Of a stretch of DNA of 64,000 nucleotides, positions 20,546-30,592 are shown in pieces (position 1 is the stretch's first letter; the number at the start of each line of letters is the position of its first letter). A program made the translations under genes and the position numbers. A model generated the notes under the pieces. That model did no database searches and had not been told where the DNA came from. It saw only the letters and a list, made by a program, of their open reading frames with translations. The DNA is taken from assembly GCA_965217185.1 (NCBI GenBank), contig OZ244252.1:1216001-1280000 (forward strand). The letters run 5' to 3'. The DNA comes from an uncultured Candidatus Entotheonella sp. (GTDB lineage Bacteria; Tectomicrobia; Entotheonellia; Entotheonellales; Entotheonellaceae).

Positions 20546-22030
20546 ATGGCGGGCTATCTGTTGGGCTATGACATCGGCAGTTCGGCGGTCAAGGCGGCAC
20601 TGGTTGAAGCGGATAGCGGCGCGGCGGTGGGGTCGGCGGTCTCGCCGGCTGACGAGTTGCCGATTCAGGCGCCGCGGCCCGGCTGGGCGGAGCAGGACCC
20701 CGATGTGTGGTGGAGGCACGTCTGCGCGGCCACCCGGCAATTGGCCGCCGCGCATCCGGAGTCGCTGCGGGCGGTCAGGGCTATCGGGCTGTCGTACCAG
20801 ATGCACGGTTTGGTGCTGGTGGACCGCGCCTTGCAGGTGCTGCGCCCGGCCATTCTGTGGTGCGACAGCCGTGCGGCGGACATTGGCCGCCGGGCCTTCG
20901 AGGCGTTGGGCGAGGAGGTGTGCATGGGGCGCCTGCTCAACTCACCTGGGAATTTCACGGCCTCGAAGCTGAAGTGGGTAAAGGACAACGAATCGGACGT
21001 ATTCGCCCGCGTGCACAAGGCGATGCTGCCGGGGGACTACGTGGCGCTGCGGATGACCGGCGAGGCGGTGACGACCCCCGCAGGCCTGTCGGAGGGCATC
21101 TTGTGGGATTTTAAGACGGACAGCATGGCCGAGGTGCTGTTGGCACATTACGGTATTCCGGCGGCGTACCTCCCGGCCGTTGTGGAGGTCTTCTCGGTGC
21201 AGGGCACCCTACGGTCCGACGCCGCCATGGAGTTGGGGCTGTCGGCTGACATCCCGCTGGCGTATCGCAGCGGTGATCAGCCCAACAATGCGCTGTCTCT
21301 CAACGTGCTGGAGCCGGGCGAGGTGGCGGCAACGGCGGGAACGTCGGGGGTCGTTTACGCCGTGAGCGACACGCCGCTGGCGGATGTGGAAGGCCGGGTC
21401 AACACCTTTCTGCACGTGAACCATCAGCGGCAGCGCCCGCGTTATGGCACCCTGCTGTGCATCAACGGCGCCGGCAGCCTGTACCGCTGGCTGCGGCACA
21501 CGATGATGGAACCGGGAACGGCCTACGCCGACATGAACCGTGTAGCGGCTACCGCTCCAATCGGTGCTGATGGGCTCTCCCTGCTCCCGTTTGGCAACGG
21601 CGCCGAGCGCCTGCTGCACGACCGCCTGACCGGCGCGCGTCTCGACGGTCTCGATTTCAACCGCCACGGCCGCGCGCACCTGCTGCGGGCTGCCCAGGAG
21701 GGCATCGTTTTCGCCCTGCATCACGGTCTGCAGATGATGCGCGGCCTTGGGCTGGGAACCCGTACCGTGCGCGCCGCCGCGGCCAATCTGTTTCTCAGCC
21801 CGCTGTTCTGCTCTGCTTTCGCCACGCTCACCGATACCCGCCTGGAGTTGTACGACACCGACGGCGCCCAAGGCGCCGCCCGAGCCGCCGGACTTGGGGT
21901 CGGCTTGTACCGCGATGCGGCCGAGGCACTACGCGGCCAGCGGCAAGTGGCGGCCTTCGCACCGGAGCCCAGCGTGTTGCCGGCGTACCGGGAGGCGTAC
22001 GAGCGCTGGTGTTCCGTGTTGGATGTGTAA
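20546..22030 (+). CDS. xylB: FGGY carbohydrate kinase, xylulokinase-like
   Basis: GYDIGSSAVK, EQDP..WW, YQMHG, WCDSRA, GDQ and GTSGV motifs. Confidence 0.85.
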   Translation: MAGYLLGYDIGSSAVKAALVEADSGAAVGSAVSPADELPIQAPRPGWAEQDPDVWWRHVCAATRQLAAAHPESLRAVRAIGLSYQMHGLVLVDRALQVLRPAILWCDSRAADIGRRAFEALGEEVCMGRLLNSPGNFTASKLKWVKDNESDVFARVHKAMLPGDYVALRMTGEAVTTPAGLSEGILWDFKTDSMAEVLLAHYGIPAAYLPAVVEVFSVQGTLRSDAAMELGLSADIPLAYRSGDQPNNALSLNVLEPGEVAATAGTSGVVYAVSDTPLADVEGRVNTFLHVNHQRQRPRYGTLLCINGAGSLYRWLRHTMMEPGTAYADMNRVAATAPIGADGLSLLPFGNGAERLLHDRLTGARLDGLDFNRHGRAHLLRAAQEGIVFALHHGLQMMRGLGLGTRTVRAAAANLFLSPLFCSAFATLTDTRLELYDTDGAQGAARAAGLGVGLYRDAAEALRGQRQVAAFAPEPSVLPAYREAYERWCSVLDV

Positions 22031-22122
22031 ATGATGTTGCCGGTTTGTACCTCTCCCTAACCTTCCCCCCAAACGTGAGAGCTTCAGGAGCACCCGCCCG
22101 TGCAATTTGCCCAAAGCCAACC

Positions 22123-23142
22123 TTATGGACGTGACAGAATCGTCACCCACATGGGAGTACTGCCCACGTCGTATGTCCCCAGGTGGTGCAGGGTACCGCT
22201 GTCGGCGTCGATACGGTAGGCGGCGAGGCGGCCGGATTCGAGGCCGGCGGCGTACAGAAAATGGCCGCTGGGATCGATTCCGAAGGCGCGCGGCATGGGT
22301 TCGGTGAGAATGCGGTCGGTGGGGGTCAGGGCGCCCGTGTTGGGGTCTACGACGAAGCAGGCCATGCTGTTGTGGCCGCGGTTCGGGGCGAAGAGCATGC
22401 GGCCTGACGGCGCCATGTGTATCTGGGCGCAGGTGTTGTCGCCGTCAAAATCCTCCGGCAGGGTGGAAACGGTTTGGAAGGCGCTGAGGGTGCCCGCTGC
22501 GGAGTCGAGGGCGTAGGCGGTAACGCTGCAGCCCTGCTCGTTGGAAAAATAGACGATGTCCTTGTGGGGATGAAAGCAGAAGTGCCGAGGCCCCACGGGG
22601 TCGGGCGGGGTGAGCCGGGCGGGCGTGTTGGGGGTCAGGTGGCCCGTTTGCGCGTCGAATCGGTACTGGAAAATGGCGTTGGGGCCGTTGCCGGCGATGT
22701 GCGGCACGAAGGCAAACCGATTGCTCGGGTCCGTTTGCAAGGCATGCGCGCCGGTGGCGGTATCCAGCCATTCGATGGGTGGGGTGCTGACGGCGCCGTC
22801 GCTTCCGACGGCATGCACGGCAGCCTTGCCGGCGGCGTAGTAGGCGGAAAACAGAAATCTGCCCTGGCGGTCCATGGCCAGATAGCAAGGCTCGGCGTCG
22901 AGCGGCGCGGCGCCGATGGGGACAAGGTTGCCGGTGTGCGGGTCGATGCGGAAGCTGGACACCTCGCAGACGCCGCGGCGGCCGACGTGCAGAAATTGGC
23001 CCCGCGGATCGACCGCCATGGGGGCTGGCCCGCCGGAAATGGCGACCGGATCGAGAGGGTCAAGCTTGCCGGTCTGCGGATCCAGGGCGAAACGGCGGAT
23101 GCAATCATCGCCTTGCAAGGAGACGTAGAGTTGGGTCGGCAT
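22123..23142 (-). CDS. 6-phosphogluconolactonase / lactonase (beta-propeller)
   Basis: GPRHFCFHP, NRGHNS and PRAFGIDPSG motifs. Confidence 0.9.
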   Translation of the reverse strand: MPTQLYVSLQGDDCIRRFALDPQTGKLDPLDPVAISGGPAPMAVDPRGQFLHVGRRGVCEVSSFRIDPHTGNLVPIGAAPLDAEPCYLAMDRQGRFLFSAYYAAGKAAVHAVGSDGAVSTPPIEWLDTATGAHALQTDPSNRFAFVPHIAGNGPNAIFQYRFDAQTGHLTPNTPARLTPPDPVGPRHFCFHPHKDIVYFSNEQGCSVTAYALDSAAGTLSAFQTVSTLPEDFDGDNTCAQIHMAPSGRMLFAPNRGHNSMACFVVDPNTGALTPTDRILTEPMPRAFGIDPSGHFLYAAGLESGRLAAYRIDADSGTLHHLGTYDVGSTPMWVTILSRP

Positions 23143-23171
23143 GGAGTGGCCTCCGGGTGACGAAATAGAAA

Positions 23172-23198
23172 GGCTGGGACCGTTCCGGCGTCCCAGCC
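23172..23198 (-). terminator. Terminator-like hairpin
   Basis: GGCTGGGAC/GTCCCAGCC 9-bp stem followed by TTTCTATTT on the minus strand. Confidence 0.6.
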
Positions 23199-23205
23199 CA
23201 AGTGC

Positions 23206-23856
23206 CTAAGGATCAATGCGGCGATAGACGCCGGGCGAGCCCTCGGCGTGCGTCATGGCCTGCCGCATGCGTTCGGAGTCCGGCGAGGAATTCTGACGCT
23301 GGTCGTGCCAGGCATCGGTTTCGGGGACTTTCTCGTTCTCGAACTCGTAAACCGTGGCATAGCCGATGGTGCCGTCGATGACGCGGTAGCGGCGGGCATA
23401 AATGACCCCCGGTACTTTGCGGTAGCCGGGCACGTATTCGCCGCTGTACCAGGCGTTCCATTCGGCGTCCACCGCCTGCGGCACCGACATGCGGCCGATC
23501 TGTAGGCAGGGCGCCATACCGCGGTCCGGCATTTCCACTTGCTCCGGGAAAATCTGCTGGCCGACGACACGGGTCAGGTTCTTGCCGATAACGGTCGGCG
23601 ACACGCGTTCGCCCCACGGGGTGCGGGGCCGGTTCTTGAACGCCGGGGTTTGCAGTACGTCGGTGTTTTCGATCTCGTAGGCGGTGAGGTACTTCGGGCC
23701 GCCCTTGACGGCTTCGTAACGCGCTGCGGACACAATGCCGGGCACGGCGAGCAACTCGGGAAGGTGCTCGGTGTTGTACCAATCGTTGAACTCATCTTCG
23801 TGCCGTGCGTCGATGTCCGTGTAGACGAGGAAGATGCCGTTGCCCTTGCTTGACAT
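23206..23856 (-). CDS. Tandem EthD/DUF4286-like dimeric alpha+beta barrel protein
   Basis: Two repeats of F/WN.WY..E..P...VPG...A.RY. Confidence 0.75.
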   Translation of the reverse strand: MSSKGNGIFLVYTDIDARHEDEFNDWYNTEHLPELLAVPGIVSAARYEAVKGGPKYLTAYEIENTDVLQTPAFKNRPRTPWGERVSPTVIGKNLTRVVGQQIFPEQVEMPDRGMAPCLQIGRMSVPQAVDAEWNAWYSGEYVPGYRKVPGVIYARRYRVIDGTIGYATVYEFENEKVPETDAWHDQRQNSSPDSERMRQAMTHAEGSPGVYRRIDP

Positions 23857-23901
23857 GGGAGTTTCTCCTGTGAATAAGCGTTGTGCGAGTTGAAACTCGC
23901 G

Positions 23902-24900
23902 CTATTCGGCCGCCAAGACGCAGCGGAATCCAATTTCCAGATGGCGGTCGGCAGCCAGATCGTAGTTGCGGTAGGCGGCGCGGATTTTAGCACGATGGCT
24001 GCTCCAGCAGCCGCCGCGCAGCACGCGATACGGCGAGGCTTCCATTGGTCCCGGCGGGTCGTGCGACGGCGCCGCGCGATAGTAGTCCTTGATGTAGCGG
24101 TCCCGGGCCCATTCCCAGAGATTGCCGCCCATGTCGTGGGCGCCGTAAGGGCTGACGCCTTGCGGGAAGCTGCCGACGGGTCGGGTGAACACCGTCATCG
24201 CATCGAGGTCCAGATTACCCAAGAGCAGCACCCATTGCCGGTCGTCCACAACCGGGTGCCCAAACGCCAATTCGACGTTATTGGAATACCCTGCCTCCCA
24301 GGTGTCGCCCCACGGATACGCTTGCCCGTCTGGGCCGCGTGCTGCCTTTTCCCACTGTGCCTCGGTGGGTAGCTCTTTGCCGGCCCAGCGGCAGTAGGCA
24401 TAGGCGTCATACCAGTCCACCGCGGTCACCGGGTGATCAGGGCCGTTGAGGCGGCGGTCCCGCCAATAGGTCGGGGTGTAATCCTTGTCCGGCGGTGAGT
24501 CGGGATGCAGTGGGTGGGCTTCGCCCCGTTTGAGCGCGTCCAGGAACACCCCGTATTGCCGGTTCGTAACCTCGAACTTGTCTATGTAGTAGGCAGACAG
24601 GTAAATCGAGCGCTGCGGCGTCTCGACCCCAAAATAATCCCCGAACGGCCCGTTCAACGCCTTTACCTCCGCCTTGGTGGTGCCGCGCAAAAAGTAACCC
24701 GCCGGGACGTACACCATGACGGCGACGGCGCCGTCATGAAGGTAGTCGCCAGGCACCGTGCTGGTGCGCAGCGCCTCGGGCACGCGCTCTCCGAACCAGC
24801 CGGTATCGGCCGAGGCAAGGCATCCTAACGCAGCAAAGGCCGCCAAAACGCCGATGGCGGCGAGTCGACGGCCCACCTCTGCGGCGCGGCGTTCCATCAT
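23902..24900 (-). CDS. SUMF1/FGE-sulfatase domain protein, exported
   Basis: KFEVTN, PVTAVDW, LPTEAQWEKAARG, DMGGNLWEW, RGG.W and IGFRC motifs; N-terminal hydrophobic segment. Confidence 0.92.
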   Translation of the reverse strand: MMERRAAEVGRRLAAIGVLAAFAALGCLASADTGWFGERVPEALRTSTVPGDYLHDGAVAVMVYVPAGYFLRGTTKAEVKALNGPFGDYFGVETPQRSIYLSAYYIDKFEVTNRQYGVFLDALKRGEAHPLHPDSPPDKDYTPTYWRDRRLNGPDHPVTAVDWYDAYAYCRWAGKELPTEAQWEKAARGPDGQAYPWGDTWEAGYSNNVELAFGHPVVDDRQWVLLLGNLDLDAMTVFTRPVGSFPQGVSPYGAHDMGGNLWEWARDRYIKDYYRAAPSHDPPGPMEASPYRVLRGGCWSSHRAKIRAAYRNYDLAADRHLEIGFRCVLAAE

Positions 24901-25601
24901 AAGTTCTGTCTGACCCAATCGTACCACCCCGTCGGCTTCTGGTGGCCGGTCAGTTGTTCCAGCGCCATCCTGGCCTTGGCAGCACCGAGGCCGACGTGCT
25001 GTCCCCACTTGTCGATCACCAACTTGATGAGTCTGGGCACGGCGCGTTGGATCCCCAACTCCATGGTCATCTCAATAGCCCTGATAGAGACGGCGTCGAT
25101 GTAGTCAGTGAGCGCCATGAGGATGGCCTTCTCGGCCCGCGTTTCCTCGTGAAAACGAATCCGGGCGATGTTGAGCAGCATGGCCCGGGCGCGCCACTCG
25201 GGATGTCTGCGCACCGCCTTATAGGTTTCCTTGCGAGCCCCCTTGTCGGTCATTTGCAACAGCGCCGCCTCAGCCGCTTCGAAGAGCTGCTTGGTTTGCT
25301 TCTCACTAAGAAATTGGGTCACTTTGTAGTGCAAGCCTGCGTATAGGATAGCCAAAGCGGCGTCCTTGGTGTCCTGCGCGGCGTATTTCTCGTAGAGGGC
25401 TAAAATGGCTGGGATGTCGCCGCGGTCGGAAGCGTCCACGAATTCCTTCAGGGCTTGCGCGGGCGGCTTGGGCGGCTTGGCCGCCTGCGCCAAGTCGGCG
25501 CCGATTGTCGTGAGTAGAACCATCAGGCCGGTAAGTATCGCAATGCGGGCCATCCGAAAGCGAGCGGAATCGCTGACTTTAATCATGTTAACGACTTGCA
25601 T
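24897..25601 (-). CDS. Exported helical (HEAT-like) hypothetical protein
   Basis: Signal peptide ending AQA; HEAT-like units (ALTD..DAVSIRAI, AVPRLI, ALEQLTG). Confidence 0.7.
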   Translation of the reverse strand: MQVVNMIKVSDSARFRMARIAILTGLMVLLTTIGADLAQAAKPPKPPAQALKEFVDASDRGDIPAILALYEKYAAQDTKDAALAILYAGLHYKVTQFLSEKQTKQLFEAAEAALLQMTDKGARKETYKAVRRHPEWRARAMLLNIARIRFHEETRAEKAILMALTDYIDAVSIRAIEMTMELGIQRAVPRLIKLVIDKWGQHVGLGAAKARMALEQLTGHQKPTGWYDWVRQNL

Positions 25602-27222
25602 GTACGACTCTCCTCCTGCGGGTTTGGTAGCGGGCGCGCAGCAGGCGGCGCCAGCGCGGCACGATCCAAAGCACCAGACCCGTTAGGGTTTGCACGACCA
25701 TGAGAATGGCTACAACGTCCAATACGTACTTGAACCAGGTCCCGAAAAACTTGCCGCTGTGAGCATCGTGTAACAGTTGATAAAGGGTGGTGGCACGCAC
25801 CGATTGTTGCGGGCCGTACGGCGGGGCCAGGGGCGTTTCCTCCCACGCGGGAGGTTCGACGGCGACGAGACTGGTGAGCCTTTGTGACAACAGGGTATTG
25901 CCGGAAACCACGTACAACGCCTGGCGGTTAGCGTGCATGGCGTCTACGGGGTGTTCCAGCAGGGAAGCCCACTGCCGGCCAAAGTTGCGGCTTACCTGGA
26001 GGCCGCGGTCGTTACCGACGTAGATGTAATTCACCCAGCCGGGTCCAACGAAAAGGTGGTCCACCTGTTTAACCACCTCGGGACGAATGGACTCCCCAAC
26101 GTTTTCCCAGCTTTGCCCGCCGTCTTCGGTGGCAAACAGACCGTAAGTATGGCCAGCCCACATGTGGTCGGCGTTGCTGCGGCTAATCGCCAGGGTACGC
26201 AGGTGGAGCTCCACGGGACCCTTCCAGTTATTGGCATCGAAGCGGTCCGGGAACCAAGAGGCGGGCAGGCCGCGGTGGGTCAGCACGGAGAAATCGACCA
26301 TGTGCAACAGCACGATGCCGGTAATTGGCAGGAGGTACAACAACGGCCAGCTGACCATGCCGCCAGCGCGATGCAGGTGGCGAAGAAATTTGTAGCGCAA
26401 ACGCTGCGGCGCCTGTGCGCCGCGCAGCCGTTTTTTCACCCGCCGCCACCACAGCACCACACCGGTGTATGCGAGAGCCAGGAGCAGGAATGCAAAGGCA
26501 TGGTTGATTAGCCACCAGTCGTTGCCCAGGAACGCCTGGCCGTTGTGCAGGTTCAAGGATACCGTGCCCCAGTCCAACTGGCCGACACCGCGCGCGTCGC
26601 CGAACGGCGACGCCAATGTGGTGAGTTCCCAGCCTTCGTCTTCGTCTTCGTTCATGAAGCGCCTGTATACGAAACCACTTTCATCAATGGCAACGGCCAC
26701 TCCCCCGGGTGAGAAGCTCAATTCCATGATGCCGCTGGTGGACAGGTCTTCATCGTACGACTCGCCGTACGGCTCCCAATCCTCACCGCCGTTCATCGAC
26801 AGGGCAATGCCGCGGCCCTTGCTGACCATGATCGTTTGCGTATCGCTGGGGTTGACCGCCAACACCGGCGGAAACAGGCCCTGCCCGGCCACGAAGTCCC
26901 CGGGAATGTCAGGGGTAACGTCCCGCCAAGTTTGCCCCTCGTCCTGGCTGAGGAAGATGCCTTGACGGTGCGTGGCGAACCAGCCCTTGTCGGTGATGCC
27001 GATAGATTTGAGGTGTGCGCCCCAGTCGTTAAGCTCGTAGCGGGGCGGCAGCCAACCTGACTGGATGTGGATGTCGCGCAGTCGGAGTTGGTCAGAGGGG
27101 TAGATGAAAATGCCGGTGATGGCCAGAAGTGTGACGAGGAGCAGCGTGGAAAGCGCGCTCCACACGTGTATGTTGAACCATCGTTTGAGTTTCAGGCCGC
27201 GCTTCGTTCGTTGTTCTGCCAT
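25588..27222 (-). CDS. PepSY-associated TM protein with Asp-box/BNR repeats, internally duplicated
   Basis: H.W..ITG and LH.G TM motifs each occur twice; Asp-boxes SQDEGQTW, SMNGGEDW, TEDGGQSW, SRNFGRQW. Confidence 0.8.
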   Translation of the reverse strand: MAEQRTKRGLKLKRWFNIHVWSALSTLLLVTLLAITGIFIYPSDQLRLRDIHIQSGWLPPRYELNDWGAHLKSIGITDKGWFATHRQGIFLSQDEGQTWRDVTPDIPGDFVAGQGLFPPVLAVNPSDTQTIMVSKGRGIALSMNGGEDWEPYGESYDEDLSTSGIMELSFSPGGVAVAIDESGFVYRRFMNEDEDEGWELTTLASPFGDARGVGQLDWGTVSLNLHNGQAFLGNDWWLINHAFAFLLLALAYTGVVLWWRRVKKRLRGAQAPQRLRYKFLRHLHRAGGMVSWPLLYLLPITGIVLLHMVDFSVLTHRGLPASWFPDRFDANNWKGPVELHLRTLAISRSNADHMWAGHTYGLFATEDGGQSWENVGESIRPEVVKQVDHLFVGPGWVNYIYVGNDRGLQVSRNFGRQWASLLEHPVDAMHANRQALYVVSGNTLLSQRLTSLVAVEPPAWEETPLAPPYGPQQSVRATTLYQLLHDAHSGKFFGTWFKYVLDVVAILMVVQTLTGLVLWIVPRWRRLLRARYQTRRRRVVHASR

Positions 27223-27361
27223 AGTCTCTCCCCGAGTGTCGGCACTGCTAGCAGGCGGGGGCCAGCAAGGGGTTGAAGGGCAGGCACTATATACAAGTCT
27301 CAGGGAAAATGGAAATTCAATTTGAGTGGGGCATCAGGGAGAGCGGTTGGCGGGGAATCGA

Positions 27362-28405
27362 TCAGCCGCCGCGGGTGTGCATTTCGAGGTGGGGGTCCTG
27401 CCGCAGTCCTTCGAGTTGAACGAGGGTGCCGCGGCCACCGTTGCTTTCAAGGGCCTTACGCTCCTCAGCGCCGCGGTCCGTGCGGCCCTGCCAAGTGCGC
27501 GTAACCAGCGACTTCAGCGCCTCCGGGGAGGCTCCGGCGCGCAGCGGTTGTCGGAGGTCGAGGCCGTCGGTCGCATATAGGCACAGATACCACATGCCGT
27601 CGGCGGTCAGGCGGCTGCGGTCGCACGAGCGGCAAAACGGCGCCGTGGTGGAGGCGATGATGCCGAAGATCGTGTTATCGGGCAGCATGAAGCGCTCGGC
27701 GGGCGCGCGGCTGTTTTCATTCAGCGGGGTGATGGGGCCGTAGTGGGCGGCAAGTGTATCGAGGATGTCAGCGCGTGTCAGTACCTTGTCCATGCGCCAA
27801 TGGGTAGCGCCGCCGACGTCCATGTATTCAATGAAGCGCACCTCGGCGTCGACCTGCTTGCCGTATTCGATCAGGTCGATGATTTCGTCGTCGTTGTATC
27901 CCTGCATGGCTACGGTGTCGAGTTTCATCCCCTTGAATCCGACCGCCCGCGCGGTCTTGATGCCCTGCAGAACGCGGGCGTGCGTGGTGCGCCGGGTCAG
28001 GGCTGTGAAACGATCCGGGCGGAGGGTGTCGAGGCTGACGGTCACGCGGTGTAGCCCTGCTGCAAACAGGTCGGCGGCTTGATCGGCAAGCAGCACGCCG
28101 TTGGTGGTCAGCGCAATGTCGTTGAGTCGGGGATTGGTGGCCAGCATGCGGATGAGTAGCGGCAGGTCGCGGCGCAACAGCGGTTCGCCGCCGGTGAGGC
28201 GGACTTTTTCCACCCCCAATTCGGCAAACAGGCCAACCAGGGTGTTCATCTCCTCAAACGTCAGCAGGTCCTCGCGCGGCAGCCAGAGGTAATCCTCCTC
28301 GGGCATGCAATACTGGCAGCGCAGGTTGCAGCGGTCGGTGACCGACAGGCGCAGATTGGTCATGGGCCGGTCGAACACGTCGGTGAGGTAGGTAGCTGGG
28401 GCCAT
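27362..28405 (-). CDS. moaA: GTP 3',8-cyclase
   Basis: CNLRCQYC, LTGGEPL and FCRSCDRSR..CL motifs; C-terminal GG. Confidence 0.97.
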   Translation of the reverse strand: MAPATYLTDVFDRPMTNLRLSVTDRCNLRCQYCMPEEDYLWLPREDLLTFEEMNTLVGLFAELGVEKVRLTGGEPLLRRDLPLLIRMLATNPRLNDIALTTNGVLLADQAADLFAAGLHRVTVSLDTLRPDRFTALTRRTTHARVLQGIKTARAVGFKGMKLDTVAMQGYNDDEIIDLIEYGKQVDAEVRFIEYMDVGGATHWRMDKVLTRADILDTLAAHYGPITPLNENSRAPAERFMLPDNTIFGIIASTTAPFCRSCDRSRLTADGMWYLCLYATDGLDLRQPLRAGASPEALKSLVTRTWQGRTDRGAEERKALESNGGRGTLVQLEGLRQDPHLEMHTRGG

Positions 28406-28602
28406 GATTGCCGTTTCTATGGTCTTGGGATCGTGCTTGTAGCGGGCGGCTTCCAGCCCTGCGGGCAGCGTTGCGCAGACTATAAAGGGGCGGTTGGGGT
28501 GCTGTCAAACCGCCGTGGCAAGGCGTCTTGCACCGGTTGCGGCTTGCGGATAAACTGCCGCGCATCAAAGCAGCAGGCATCCAGACAAGGAGAGCAAGGC
28601 GA

Positions 28603-29397
28603 ATGACGACAGTGGCACAGGCTTACCAGGAAGAACGCATGGCGCTTGCCGACACCGAGTTGTACCTCTTGAAGGGTGGCGAGGGCCGGCCGCTTTTGGT
28701 GCTGCACGGCGTCGAGGGGCACGAGGGTTGGTTGCCGTTCCACGATGCCCTGGCGGCTAGGGCGACCGTGTATGCGCCGGCGCATCCGGGCTACGGCGAG
28801 ACGGCTCGGCCCGAGTGGCTGGAAACCATCGTGCACCAGGCGGTCTTCTATCACTGGTTCATTGAGCGGGCGGGCTTGGCCGGGCTGGACGTCGTCGGCT
28901 TCGGCATGGGCGGTTGGATCGCCGCGCAGATGGCCCTCATGTGCCCGCAGAATCTGGGTCGTCTGGTTCTGGTGAACGCCGCCGGAATTCACCCGCAGGA
29001 AAGTGACATCCTCGACATCTTCATCATTCCCTGGAAGCAAGTGATCGAACGTGGCTTCTATGACGCTGAGGCGTGCCCGGAGTATCACCGGCTATACGGC
29101 GGTGAGTGGCAGGAGTTCGGCGGTCCGCGCGAGGCCGGGCGTACGATGTCCATCCGCATGTGCTTCCGGCCCTTCATGTACGACTCGTCGCTGCCGGGCA
29201 TGCTGGGCAAGGTTACGGTGCCGACCCTGGTGGTGTGGGGCGCCGATAACCACATTATCCCGCCGGAATGCGGCCGGCTTTATCAGCAAGCCATCCCCGG
29301 CGCTACCCTGCATGAGATCGAGCGTTGCGGACACTGGCCGCACTTCGAGCGACCCGAGGAGCTTGCCGGCGTAATCCAAACGTTTTTGGCCCCGTAG
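28603..29397 (+). CDS. Alpha/beta hydrolase fold protein lacking the nucleophile Ser
   Basis: LHG, HPGYG, PTLVVWG and GHWPHFE motifs; nucleophile elbow reads GFGMGG. Confidence 0.85.
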   Translation: MTTVAQAYQEERMALADTELYLLKGGEGRPLLVLHGVEGHEGWLPFHDALAARATVYAPAHPGYGETARPEWLETIVHQAVFYHWFIERAGLAGLDVVGFGMGGWIAAQMALMCPQNLGRLVLVNAAGIHPQESDILDIFIIPWKQVIERGFYDAEACPEYHRLYGGEWQEFGGPREAGRTMSIRMCFRPFMYDSSLPGMLGKVTVPTLVVWGADNHIIPPECGRLYQQAIPGATLHEIERCGHWPHFERPEELAGVIQTFLAP

Positions 29398-29420
29398 GGG
29401 CGGGTTTCGGACCTGCCTAC
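29394..29420 (+). repeat. REP-like palindrome (GTAG-type)
   Basis: GTAGGGGCGGGTTTCGGACCTGCCTAC. Confidence 0.55.
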
Positions 29421-29449
29421 ACCGTACCCACTACCGTAAGGAGCGCTCC

Positions 29450-30592
29450 ATGGCCCCCACCCAGTACTACTATTTTACCGAGCAACCCTATACCGGCTAC
29501 GACCCCGCGGTGCAGGAAGAGCACCCTGCCCTGCGCCTCACCCTGCCGAATAGCCTGTACGACTCACGGCTTGCCAGCGAGCTTTACAATCGCTATCACG
29601 ACGAATATCAGGTTGCGGACGAGGTCGGCTTCGACGGCATCATGATCAACGAGCACCACACGGCGCCGTTCTGCATGCAGGCGTCGATCAACATTACCGG
29701 CGCGGTGCTGGCCAAAATCACCCGGCGCGCCAAGATCATCATGCTGGGCAATCCCCTGCCGGTGGTGGACAACCCGCTGCGTCTGGCCGAGGAGCTGGCT
29801 ATGATCGACTGCATCTCGCGCGGTCGGCTGGTTTCCGGCGTGGTGCGCGGCGGCGGTGTGGAGAGCTTGGCGAACAACGTCAATCCGGCGCACAACCGTG
29901 AGCGTTTTGAGGAAGCCCACGACCTCATCATCGCGGCCTGGACGCGTCCCGGACCGTTTCGCTGGGAGGGCAAGCATTTTCAGTACCGGGTGGTAAATCC
30001 GTGGGCGCTGCCGCTGCAGAAGCCGCACCCGCCCATGATGGTGCCCGGCACCGCCAGCCCGGAGACAGTGATCTGGGCCGCCAAACACCGCTATCCCTAC
30101 ATTGTGCTCGGTTCGTTCCTGGAGCAAACTCAGGAGCTTATTCAGATTTACCGTGAGACGGCTGAGGAGGTGGGCTACGAGATGCAGCCGGAGAACATCG
30201 GCTATCTCATTCGCTGCTTCGTGTCGGACACCGAGGAGCATGCCCAGGAGCAGGGCAAGAACTTTTTTTGGCAGAATGGTGCGCTGAACAAGCAACCGCG
30301 CGAATGGATGGCGCCGCCGGGATACGCCACCGTCGACGTGGCGGGGATTCGGCGCCTGCGGGCGGTGTCGCGTGCTTTCGATTCCCTGGCATACGAGGAG
30401 GCGCAGAAGAACTACCAGGTGGTGATCGGTACGCCGGATCAGGTTATCGAGAAGCTGCGCTACGTGCGCGACCTGCTCGGCGTTGGGCACATGTGCTTGT
30501 GGAGTCAGGACGGCTATATGACCCACCAGGACACGGTACGGAGCATCGAGTTGTTCGGCAAAGAGGTCCTGCCGGCCCTGCGCGATGCGTAA
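29450..30592 (+). CDS. LLM-class flavin-dependent oxidoreductase
   Basis: GFDGIMINEHH, PLRLAEELAMID..SRGRL, P.QKPHPP and GTPDQV motifs. Confidence 0.95.
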   Translation: MAPTQYYYFTEQPYTGYDPAVQEEHPALRLTLPNSLYDSRLASELYNRYHDEYQVADEVGFDGIMINEHHTAPFCMQASINITGAVLAKITRRAKIIMLGNPLPVVDNPLRLAEELAMIDCISRGRLVSGVVRGGGVESLANNVNPAHNRERFEEAHDLIIAAWTRPGPFRWEGKHFQYRVVNPWALPLQKPHPPMMVPGTASPETVIWAAKHRYPYIVLGSFLEQTQELIQIYRETAEEVGYEMQPENIGYLIRCFVSDTEEHAQEQGKNFFWQNGALNKQPREWMAPPGYATVDVAGIRRLRAVSRAFDSLAYEEAQKNYQVVIGTPDQVIEKLRYVRDLLGVGHMCLWSQDGYMTHQDTVRSIELFGKEVLPALRDA

